This document shows, piece after piece, positions 6,101-14,900 of a DNA stretch of 57,815 nucleotides. Position numbers and translations under genes: made by a program. Numbering within the stretch: position 1 is the stretch's first letter; each line of letters starts with the position of its first letter. A model generated the notes under the pieces. The model was not told the origin of the DNA. It ran no database searches and saw only the letters and a list, made by a program, of their open reading frames with translations. This stretch comes from Candidatus Nomurabacteria bacterium (lineage in GTDB: Bacteria; Patescibacteriota; Minisyncoccia; Phycocordibacterales; UBA5272): NCBI GenBank assembly GCA_040376695.1, contig JBEIQD010000004.1, forward strand, positions 1-57,815, read 5' to 3'.

Positions 6101-6694
6101 TTATTCAAAAACTTTTTGATAAATTTCTTCCGCTACTCTGATAAAAGTAGTGACGCTGTTATCATAGTACTTGCAATATGTTGCCAAGCAGAGCATTGAC
6201 CGAACCCATGTTTTGTCAATTTCTTCCTTTGTTACAAGTCCGGTTAAGTAGCCGAACCGTAGACCGTAAATCCAAGCCTTAATTTCTTTATCCATCGTAG
6301 CGACATAATCACGACGGCAAAACTCTTTAAAGTCTTTTTTAGAAAAGTCAATGCCGTGTCCAACCTCATGTAAAGCAGAGATTAAATGGAAGAAGTCGTT
6401 TGCTTTACCTTTGGTTAATATCAGAATAGTTTTTCTTCCAGTGAGAGGATGCCGGTTGCCATCCATGAAGTACTCAAAACTTTTAACCCGGTTCGATTGA
6501 GTGTTACTGAATGTGAAAGCGAGTTCTTCACAGTTGTAAGTTGCCTGTACATGGTCTTGAATCTTGTTGAAGCGTTCGATTAAGATTGCAGGCTCTCCTA
6601 GGTCTTCACCTTTATAGATGAACTCGTTGATAAGCTGATTAGCACCGTGTTTCCGGTAAAGCTCTTTCAGTTGTTCTGTTTGCTGTTTGTTCAT
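6101..6694 (-). CDS. putative zinc metallopeptidase (HExxH), paralog 2
   Basis: SALHEVGHGID followed by EIKAWIYG; ATG 6694 after AAAGGGTGG. Confidence 0.5.
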   Translation of the reverse strand: MNKQQTEQLKELYRKHGANQLINEFIYKGEDLGEPAILIERFNKIQDHVQATYNCEELAFTFSNTQSNRVKSFEYFMDGNRHPLTGRKTILILTKGKANDFFHLISALHEVGHGIDFSKKDFKEFCRRDYVATMDKEIKAWIYGLRFGYLTGLVTKEEIDKTWVRSMLCLATYCKYYDNSVTTFIRVAEEIYQKVFE

Positions 6695-6730
6695 TTCAAC
6701 CACCCTTTCCGGTGTGACTGTGGTATTACT

Positions 6731-6752
6731 CTGATAGTTATATATTCCCCGG
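6731..6752 (-). promoter_or_regulatory. Conserved box variant (CCGGGGAATATATAACTATCAG)
   Basis: 36 nt upstream of the 6694 start. Confidence 0.55.
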
Positions 6753-7009
6753 TAAACAGGATATAAACGCTTTTAAACAAAAAACTTTAAAAACTTTTCG
6801 CTTCCTTTAAATAGCGCACATAAGCGCACACGCTATACCACGTTGAAACCGGTCTTAAACCTGTTTTGTTTAAAAAATAAATATTTTGGGTAAATTCATA
6901 ATAAGACGTTTAAAAACCAGAAAGCTGAGATGCAATGAGACGGCTAGTTGTCCGACTCCATACATCTCGATGCAACTGAGAGCGTTTAAGATATAGTAAA
7001 ATAGTATGT

Positions 7010-7230
7010 AAGTTGTCAGAATAGTGTCTAAATCTGAAACAATTTAATATTTTTAAATTTTCCTTCTTTTCAGAAAATTGAAAATGAAGGTCATTTTTTT
7101 GTGGAAAATTTTCAAATCCTTTAAAGGCTTTCAAAAAGTTTTATGGGGGCGCACGGCGACACGACACAAAAGCTGTGAAGAAGTTGAGAAGCGAGAGAAA
7201 GCTGAACACACAAAAGAAGCAAGCTCACTG
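7010..7230. repeat. Non-coding module copy B, proximal blocks
   Basis: Shares ttgtcagaatagtgtc, tttttttgtggaaaa, a GC-rich patch and gaagaagttgagaagcgagagaaag with 3490..3740. Confidence 0.7.
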
Positions 7231-7560
7231 TGAAAGTGAACCTGCTGAATGTGAAATGATTGACCAATCTCTAGCATCATCTTGGATTAAATCATGTTTA
7301 ACGAATGGCATTTTACTCAATGAGCGAGCGATTCTTAACAATGAACTGTCCGGCATCCGGAGAGTATAGTGGTAAACACCGAAAGTATTTTGGTGAAATT
7401 CTATGAGTTCTCCTTGGTTAATTGCTAAAATAATTAAGAGAATTTCTTCATATTTTTCTCCAGAAAGTCCGACTAATTCTTGTTTTAAATCTAAGGAAAT
7501 TCGGACTAAAACTTCTTCTGCGTGGTCAAAACTTAGGGAATTTTGCTCAGTTTTTTTCAA
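7225..7560 (-). CDS. hypothetical protein (111 aa, TTG start) embedded in module B
   Basis: Long non-repetitive ORF, but weak SD and only a TTG start. Confidence 0.4.
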   Translation of the reverse strand: MKKTEQNSLSFDHAEEVLVRISLDLKQELVGLSGEKYEEILLIILAINQGELIEFHQNTFGVYHYTLRMPDSSLLRIARSLSKMPFVKHDLIQDDARDWSIISHSAGSLSQ

Positions 7561-7589
7561 AATATTTGCCCCATTTCTCTAGGATTTTT

Positions 7590-7810
7590 ACGGAATTTTC
7601 AGCCAATTTTCCAGTGAATTTTCAGTGAATTTTTAGCTGAAATCTGGCTGAATTTTTTCCGTATTTTTTTCTGTATTTTTTCTGAACTTTTTTTGAATTT
7701 TTTTCTGAACTTTTTTTGAATTTTTTTCTGTACTTTTTTCGTATTTTTTTTGAACTTTTTTCTACACTTTTTCTGCATTATTTTTGCAGTTTTTTCTGAC
7801 ATTTTTTACC
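7590..7810. repeat. Phased T-tract (A-tract) array B with a 23-bp tandem core
   Basis: 14 runs of >=5 T starting 7653..7802 (mean spacing about 11.5 bp); ctgaactttttttgaattttttt repeated exactly at 7682..7704 and 7705..7727. Confidence 0.85.
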
Positions 7811-8290
7811 GGTCTGGTAAAGGTAAACATCGGATTCGATTGAACGAATTTTCTTGATGGCTGACTCCATTAGACCGGATGCTTTCTCATTAGCATGAGG
7901 GTTAGCGATGTCAATGAGGAGGAATGTTTTATCTGGCTCATCAATTGATTCAACAAATGAAGCGTTGATTAAGAGTGTGTGCAATGCTAGCAAGTTAAAG
8001 ACCTTGACTTCATCTGGCTTTAATTTCTGAGTGAGTGAGCGAGGAATGAGTGTCTTAGCATCTAAACTATACTGAGCTAGCAATGGAAGTAACTCAACCA
8101 TAGTCTCTGAGACTGGAACGATAGCTGTTGTATCTCGATTGAAACTAGCTGAACTGAGGTCTGTATCTAAAACATCCTGTAACATGATTGCTTCTTGCTT
8201 CTCATGGTCATAGAAGAAACTAACACCGTCGTAAAAACTTGCCACCGTTTCAATTTGTTCTTTCGTGATTTGTAATCGTTTCATCTTCAT
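7778..8290 (-). CDS. hypothetical protein (170 aa)
   Basis: Long ORF; the last ~10 codons run into array B. Confidence 0.6.
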   Translation of the reverse strand: MKMKRLQITKEQIETVASFYDGVSFFYDHEKQEAIMLQDVLDTDLSSASFNRDTTAIVPVSETMVELLPLLAQYSLDAKTLIPRSLTQKLKPDEVKVFNLLALHTLLINASFVESIDEPDKTFLLIDIANPHANEKASGLMESAIKKIRSIESDVYLYQTGKKCQKKLQK

Positions 8291-8651
8291 TACCTCCTAA
8301 TAAATATTTTAGTGTGTGGAACTCCTTCTTACTAATCATTACCCCGTAATCATTAACTGTAAACTTGTAGCATACAACCTCTCTATCCAACCGGGCTGAG
8401 AAACGAATCATGCTCTTGGCTACTGCAAAAATTCCTTTATCAGTAAAGCAAACTTCGATTTCTTCTAGCTCTCTGACTGCGATAAAATGGTGTTCACCGG
8501 CTGATGTGATACAGTGAATCATCGTGGTTCTTGGTGTCGCATCAGTGTTTACAAATGTACCAACGACATATAAGAGAGTGCCATATGGTAGTTTGGGGTA
8601 ACCGGTGTTAACCATCACCCCTGTCATCTCTACATAATTTCTAATTTTCAT
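8250..8651 (-). CDS. hypothetical protein (133 aa)
   Basis: ATG 8651 after GAGGGGTGAGGAA; the track ORF extends to 8666. Confidence 0.6.
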   Translation of the reverse strand: MKIRNYVEMTGVMVNTGYPKLPYGTLLYVVGTFVNTDATPRTTMIHCITSAGEHHFIAVRELEEIEVCFTDKGIFAVAKSMIRFSARLDREVVCYKFTVNDYGVMISKKEFHTLKYLLGGNEDETITNHERTN

Positions 8652-8655
8652 TTCC

Positions 8656-9222
8656 TCACCCCTCAATGATGTCTGAAATGATGTCCTCTACTTGGGTTAA
8701 TAAGTCTGCTAGCGTGGTATCTTTACCGTTATAAATAACATAGTCGGCATGGTCTTTGAATTGTTCGACATTTTCTGTGCTGTGACCTAACTCTAAGACC
8801 GATGCTTCCTCTCCTTTAGCTGTCATCCGTTCAACCTGTGCCATTGTATCTGTCTCAACGTAGATGATATGAGCGTCTTCGATACTCATATACCAAACTT
8901 CATTTTCTTGTCGAACATCGGTAACGATAGTTACTTGGTGATTACCAATTCTTTCACCCATTTCTTGTGCGACTGGTAAAGCCCAAACATCTCGACCTAA
9001 AATATCTCTAGCTCCCTGCCCAAAGTCTTGAATCAATCGTCGGTCTGTCTCTTTATTGAATGGTCTACCATGAGCAAGCGAGAACAGTTGCTTCATCTTG
9101 TCACCGAATGCTAACTGCTTAACGTCGGTATACTCCGGGTAACACATATCTAAATGTGCTTCAATCAAGTCTGCCACCGTGTTCTTACCACTTCTCATAC
9201 GACCTACAATTGCGATTTTCAT
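8656..9222 (-). CDS. deoxynucleoside monophosphate kinase-like P-loop protein
   Basis: Walker A IAIVGRMRSGKNT at the N-terminus; size about 188 aa; AAGGTGG SD before ATG 9222. Confidence 0.55.
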   Translation of the reverse strand: MKIAIVGRMRSGKNTVADLIEAHLDMCYPEYTDVKQLAFGDKMKQLFSLAHGRPFNKETDRRLIQDFGQGARDILGRDVWALPVAQEMGERIGNHQVTIVTDVRQENEVWYMSIEDAHIIYVETDTMAQVERMTAKGEEASVLELGHSTENVEQFKDHADYVIYNGKDTTLADLLTQVEDIISDIIEG

Positions 9223-9530
9223 TTCTTCGTCCACCTTTCAGCATACTCATGTTGTAATACTTTTCGTTTCTTAGCAATTGGAAACACTTCATCAATCCGT
9301 TTACCATCGTTGAACTGCTGTGTGTCGAATGCCTTTAAGAAAGCGTGTAATACATCTTTAGGCACTTTACAGTACATATAATCTGTCTGGCTTCTCGTTT
9401 TAAAAGTGTAATCGAGGAAGCGCATTGTAATACCTGTCGTGCCAACCGTTCCTTTTTGTGGTCGGTAAACCAAGTATACAAAGTTGTCATCCGGCGCTAA
9501 CTCCTTCAAGTAGATTTCATTTTCATCCAT
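9219..9530 (-). CDS. hypothetical protein (103 aa)
   Basis: ATG 9530 after AAGGCGGTG; the track uses GTG 9539. Confidence 0.55.
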   Translation of the reverse strand: MDENEIYLKELAPDDNFVYLVYRPQKGTVGTTGITMRFLDYTFKTRSQTDYMYCKVPKDVLHAFLKAFDTQQFNDGKRIDEVFPIAKKRKVLQHEYAERWTKK

Positions 9531-9541
9531 CTTATTCACCG

Positions 9542-9561
9542 CCTTACTGGTATTTACCCCG
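9542..9561 (-). promoter_or_regulatory. Conserved box variant (CGGGGTAAATACCAGTAAGG)
   Basis: Its 3' end abuts the SD of the 9530 start. Confidence 0.5.
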
Positions 9562-9572
9562 ATTAGAGGATG

Positions 9573-10037
9573 TTAAACCTTGAAGTATTGTTTAAGCATC
9601 CATACAATCGCTGTCGGGTCTTTTCTTAGAATGTCTATCTCGTCCTTTAAGAACATACAGAATGGAATGTCCGGATGGTACTTCTTAAATAGTCTCGTTC
9701 GCTTCTTAGAGCGGTCATCGAACCACCCTTTCACTTCGAGATAGCCACCGTACTCCGGGATGTAGAAGTCTGGCAAGTAGGATTCTTTCTCCTTATAGAA
9801 CTTGAAGCGCTTGGGTTCATATTCGTATTCGATACCGGCTTCAAAAAGTGCATCAGCTACGATTACTTCCCAAGTCGAGCGGTAAGTATGACCATCACGT
9901 TCGTGATATAACTTAACACTCTTTCGCTTTCTCGTCTTTCTCTTGCCTTTGACTTCTTCTGCCATGGCATCGTGTACATTCGTAAAATCTTTATCGTTAC
10001 ATCTCCATTTCTTCGTCTGGTAGTTGTAATAAATCAA
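9573..10037 (-). CDS. PD-(D/E)XK-type endonuclease-like protein
   Basis: Motif LPDFYIP...GGYLEVKG (D...E-x-K); TTG start with GAGGTG SD. Confidence 0.45.
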   Translation of the reverse strand: MIYYNYQTKKWRCNDKDFTNVHDAMAEEVKGKRKTRKRKSVKLYHERDGHTYRSTWEVIVADALFEAGIEYEYEPKRFKFYKEKESYLPDFYIPEYGGYLEVKGWFDDRSKKRTRLFKKYHPDIPFCMFLKDEIDILRKDPTAIVWMLKQYFKV

Positions 10038-10707
10038 GCTCCATCACCTCGGTGTAGGCTTCTCTAAAAGCCTTTTTAGACTTGGAGAGGTAGACGGGAA
10101 AACTCTTTTCTCCAATTCCTAGTTCATCAATAATTTCTTTCTCCCCTTTCCCTTCAAAGAAGTGCATCGTGATTACTTGTCGTTCACGCTTGGTTAATTT
10201 GTCGAGAGCGAGATAGAAACGAATGTCTGTAATCTCGTCTTCTCCTTCAAATACATCGTCAATATGTGTTGACTTGTGCTTATCAGCCGCTTCAAGCGAG
10301 ATGACAACCGTTCTATCTTCAACGTAATTGTTCATGTGGTTGAGAGTAGCATAACGGAACTGCATTTGTAGATAGCCGCTAAACAGCATATCTTTCGGGT
10401 CATCAGAGATATGATAATCGTTAACTGCTTTGGTAAAGACTTCGATTAAATGAAGTCTGAACTCACTCATATCTGTGAATTTACTTTTCTTCATGGTAGA
10501 AAAGAATAGTGGAATCATCATGTCGATTAAGTCCAAGAAAGCATTCTCGTCTCCTGTCTCTCGATAACGTCGGATTAACTTATTCTGTTGTACCCAACTT
10601 TCATGTCGGTTATCAAAATCACGGAAACGGAATAAATCTGGTGGTGGGCTGTCGCCACTCCAATTGTTTGCCATACCCATCAAAAAATCTAATCCGTTCA
10701 TAGTCAT
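9997..10707 (-). CDS. phage-encoded sigma-70-family (ECF-like) factor
   Basis: Region-2-like HLIEVFTKAVNDY...FSGYLQMQFRYATLNHM and region-4 HTH LTKRERQVITMHFFEGKGEKEIIDELGI...SKSKKAFRE. Confidence 0.7.
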   Translation of the reverse strand: MTMNGLDFLMGMANNWSGDSPPPDLFRFRDFDNRHESWVQQNKLIRRYRETGDENAFLDLIDMMIPLFFSTMKKSKFTDMSEFRLHLIEVFTKAVNDYHISDDPKDMLFSGYLQMQFRYATLNHMNNYVEDRTVVISLEAADKHKSTHIDDVFEGEDEITDIRFYLALDKLTKRERQVITMHFFEGKGEKEIIDELGIGEKSFPVYLSKSKKAFREAYTEVMELDLLQLPDEEMEM

Positions 10708-11114
10708 TTCCCCTTTTTATTTTCTGCTCGTAAGCGCTTTAACTCCTCTAGCTCAATCCATCTCTCTCCATATTTCTTGCTGTATTGCAAGCAGATTAGT
10801 GGAATACCAAACTGCTTCCAGAACATCTTTCGCTTCAAGATGAACATGGCTGTCTCTTGCCCTTTGATGTCGATTACTTCCTCTGTTCCATCCGGATATT
10901 GAACCCGGAAGTCTGCTACATATTTGATAGGAAGAATTTTTTTACCATCATATCTTACGAAACCTTCTTGCAAGATAAAGCTAGGTTGCAACTCGAAAGA
11001 TACAACCCGTCCTGCTTCTTTAGCTTTCTTTAAATCTTCGTAAAAGTGAGCTTCCGCCTTGCTGTCAAATGTAATGCCATCAACTACTGTCTTCTTGTTA
11101 TTATACTTGGTCAT
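10704..11114 (-). CDS. DUF1064-like PD-(D/E)XK nuclease (resolvase-like)
   Basis: NNKKTVVDGITFDSKAEA...VADF...VIDIKG pattern; ATGA overlap with the upstream gene. Confidence 0.5.
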   Translation of the reverse strand: MTKYNNKKTVVDGITFDSKAEAHFYEDLKKAKEAGRVVSFELQPSFILQEGFVRYDGKKILPIKYVADFRVQYPDGTEEVIDIKGQETAMFILKRKMFWKQFGIPLICLQYSKKYGERWIELEELKRLRAENKKGK

Positions 11115-11893
11115 AATAGCGACCAACCATCGGCACAAGCCCGGCATTCTGGATGACAGAAGAAGTGCATTGCTTTCTTATCGAATGTGCTTTGACGAAT
11201 CTCTGCAATGACATCGTACAAGACCTGCATTTTCTCTTTAACATCGACTACTACAATCGGCTTCTTCTGATTCTCATACTCATATACTCCGTCACCGATA
11301 TGAACTGCTGATTGATACTTGTCGATAACCGGATAGTAATAGGTGATACGAGCAGGGAATACGCCGAATCGACGATAGAGAATCATAGCGTAAATTGGCA
11401 TCTGTAAATCTGTCGCTAAATCTGCTTTAGGTTTGGTAGAGCCGGAGGTCTTGAAGTCTGTAACCTCGTAAGTCTCCGGTTTACCTAGCTCACCGTCAAC
11501 CCGGTCAATGAAGCCGTACATAGGGGGAATAGATTCATCAGCGAACAACCGGTCTTTAAACTTCATTTCCGTGAAGATTGGCTCTTTTTTAGCATACTCG
11601 CTAAGAAGATAGTTGTCTTTTCCTTTGACCATTTTGCCATACATTTCACGCCCCTCTGATTTGTCTTCATAACCATCTTGATACTTTAAAAACTCGTCAA
11701 TCAGCAGTTGGTCTGCATCCATGCCCGGCTTATAATGCTCTGCAAACGAGTGGAATGCAGAACCGGCAGACATATACTTGCTTTTTTGTCGTGGTACTTT
11801 TTTGATATAGGTGAGATAGAAACAATACTCACACCGCATAAAACTGGAAATCTGACTGTAACTCATATATGCTTTGACTGGATAATCGTTCAA
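11111..11893 (-). CDS. RecB/Cas4-like PD-(D/E)XK exonuclease with a Cys cluster
   Basis: N-terminal RCEYCFY, IDRVD...VTDFKT core, QMPIYA, C-terminal CHPECRAC (4Fe-4S-type arrangement). Confidence 0.6.
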   Translation of the reverse strand: MNDYPVKAYMSYSQISSFMRCEYCFYLTYIKKVPRQKSKYMSAGSAFHSFAEHYKPGMDADQLLIDEFLKYQDGYEDKSEGREMYGKMVKGKDNYLLSEYAKKEPIFTEMKFKDRLFADESIPPMYGFIDRVDGELGKPETYEVTDFKTSGSTKPKADLATDLQMPIYAMILYRRFGVFPARITYYYPVIDKYQSAVHIGDGVYEYENQKKPIVVVDVKEKMQVLYDVIAEIRQSTFDKKAMHFFCHPECRACADGWSLL

Positions 11894-11907
11894 TTAAATC
11901 ACTCCTA

Positions 11908-14900
11908 TTAAATTTGTTCTGCGCTGTTGACGATGAACTTCTCACCATCACGTTTACAGTGGACTTTAACTAACTTGCCTTTAACCAGAACTTCTTTGAG
12001 CTTGCTCCATTGGTTAGAGAAAGCAACACCTTCATAGACTCCAAACTGAGTTTCAAGTGACAGGAATGCCATCTCGTTACCCTTCTTGTCGATGTGTGTC
12101 TTAGCCTTGATTACTGTTCCACCTAAGAGAGCCGGTTGTTGGTCTTCAAAGTGGGTTAATGAGCGGAAGTGGAACTCGTCAAGAGGGTGCTTCGAGATAT
12201 ACATTCCGAAATGCTCCTTCTCTAGTTCTTCCATCGGCTTGCTCATCTTATTGTATCGCTCCCGGTTAGCTTCTCTTACCTTTGGTGAATCCTTTCTGCT
12301 AGCAAGATAGTTTTCTAGCATAGTTTCCCGGTCATCACCGAACACTCCAAGTTGAATCAAAGTGAAGATGTGACCGATGTTCAGTTTTAAATCTTTACGA
12401 GCGGCTAAGGTTGTAAAGTATTCATCAAGCGGTACATCCTTCAAGACTTCCATTGCTTCAACTGCTTTCTCTCCTAGACCTTTAATCATAAATGCAGGGA
12501 AAGCAATCTTGCCATCAATAGGGATGAACCGGTCAACTGAGAAGTTGTAACGAGGAAGCATAAACTCAATCTCACGATGTTTAAGCTCTCGTACAAAGCG
12601 AGATAGCTTCTCGTCGTCACCAATCTCTTTTGTCAAGTTAGCACAATACCATTCCAACGGGTAATGAACCTTTAACCACGCTGTAATGTAGCTAATCATG
12701 GTGTAAGCGACGGCGTGTGACTTGTTGAACCCGTAGCCTGCTCCTTCTACAATCTTGTTCCAGATTTCATCCATGCCGACGATATAACCTCTCGCTTCGG
12801 TATCAGCTAGGAACTTAACTCGTAACTCCTCTAACTCCTCTGCTGATTTCTTTCGCAAACTGTCACCGAACCCGAGCGTCCATCCTGCATACTTGTGAAC
12901 TAACTGCATCGTTTGTTCTTGGTAAGCGAGGATGCCATATGTTTCGCTTAATACGTCATTCTCGCCACTAAATGATGCCCCTCGCATCCGTTTGGAAAAT
13001 TCAAAGGCATCACCATTGGCAAGTACAGCCGGGCGATACATGGACGTACAGGCGACTAAATGGGCAAAGGTCTGAGGTTGTACGGTCTTTGTATAAGCCC
13101 CTAAACCATCTGCTTGAAACTGGAATACTGTGCTAGTATCGCCACGACGGAACAGCTTGAACACTTCTTCATCATCCATCTTTCTCGTTAGTGAGTAGAT
13201 GTCAATGTCAATATCGTGTTGCTCCTTGATAATCTTAACTGCAATGTCAATGATTGAAAGGGTTTTAAGACCAAGTAAATCGAACTTAACTCCTCCGATA
13301 CGAGCAATCTCTTTTTTGTTATACTCGATAAGAGGATAGCCGTCACTCGTTCTCAATGGGAAGTGGTTCCAGATTTCATCCGGGGTAATGATTACTCCTC
13401 CTGCGTGTTTACCAACTGAACCGATAACACCATCGAACTTGATAGCGATGTCACGAATCTTTTTCAGATGGACAGTTCCGGCTTGCTCATCCTTCTTTGT
13501 ATCGACTGTGCGATTCCACATAGGGTCGTCGTAGAAGTCTTTGACGCTCATACCATCCGGGATTAAATTGGTGATAGCTAGCGACTCTTTAAACGGCACA
13601 CCGAACGTTTTAAGGACTGGCTTGATTGCCGATTTACCTTTCATAAAGATGTGGTTAGCTACCTGTGCAACCTTGTCTTTGCCGTACTTCTCAATCAGAT
13701 AGTCGATGACTTCATAGCGTCGTGCATCGGCAATATCTGAATCAATATCCGGCATATCTGGTCGTGTTTCATCGAGGAAGCGTTCAAAGAGTAAGCCGTG
13801 TTCAATGCTGTCTACCTCTGTAATGTCAATCATATAACAGACGAGAGAGCCTGCGCTTGAACCTCGACCGGGTGCGACCGGGATGCCCATAGCTTTAGCT
13901 TCCTTCAAGTAATCAGCAACAATCAAAAAGTAATCCTCGAATCCTAACTTGAAGATTACTCCCATCTCTCTCTTGATTCTCTCAGCATAAACAGGCAGGA
14001 GATGTTTTGGCTTACCAACCATCTTGCGTTCAAACCCTTCTTTAACGAGCTGTCGTAATTCTGACTGTGCATCGTTCGATACTTCTGGAAGGATATAGGG
14101 TTCATCTTCTGCCTTGTAAATGTTGTACTCTGCAACTAGTTTAGAAATCTTATTGGTATTTGCGATAGCGCCTGTAATGACTGCTTCTTCGATTCCCTGC
14201 TCCGTTGCTTTTCGGATAATTTCTTCATCCGTTCTAGGATAGTAGGTGTTACCTTGGTACGGGATTCCGTAGTTTTCCTCCAAGATGTCATGTGCGTCTT
14301 TATCCTCCTTACGAGCATAGTGTGTGTCGCCGGTTACAATGAGGTCAATGCCTAGCTCCTGTGCTAGCTTGATTACCTCCCGGTTAACTGAGCGTTGCAA
14401 TGGCACTTCATTAATCTGAATCTCCATGACGAACATCTCAAACGATTGTTGCATCTTAACAGCCCATTCTCTAGCCTTGTCTAACTCACCTTTTTGGATG
14501 TACCGTGGAATACGACTTGCCAAGCAACCAGAGCTAGCTAAGATTCCTTTCCCTAGTCGTGTATACACCGAGTCGTCAGTCCGAGGTTTACGTTTAAAGC
14601 CGTTTAAATTGGCATCTGATACAATCTCCATTAAGTTACGGTAACCGTCCTTATTCAGAGCGATTAACAAGAAGTGGTAGTGATGGTCTGTTTCTTTCCG
14701 GTTGTCCGTCTCGTACATTTCAACACCGATAATCGGTTTGATACCGTGCTTACAACAAGCATCAATGTGCTTTGGTACTGTGAGCATTGTACCGTGATTC
14801 GTAACTGCAACCGCTTCGCTTCCCATCTCTTTGGCTCTACTAGCGTTCTGTTCTGGTGTAGCGATGCTGTCTCGAATAGAACCACAATCGTGACTGTGAA

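Noticed and set aside
7175-7369. Plus-strand GTG ORF (64 aa) in the module B polypurine tract.
   Set aside because: It is a low-complexity K/E-rich translation of the purine tract, overlaps the minus-strand ORF and has no SD.
7599-7802. Lysine-rich ORF (KKFRKKFKKSSEKIQKK...) that could be a basic DNA-binding protein. Similar ORFs occur at 4026..4382, 3830..4045 and 6910..7134.
   Set aside because: They lie entirely in the A-tract arrays. The 23-bp period there is not a multiple of 3, and the A-rich sequence is nearly stop-free in several frames. There is no SD upstream, and the start of 4026..4382 overlaps a real gene in another frame.
7653-7807. Regular short repeats that might be a CRISPR-like array or solitary repeat units.
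   Set aside because: The units are 11-12 bp T-runs or a 23-bp tandem repeat without unique spacers. No cas genes or leader are present.
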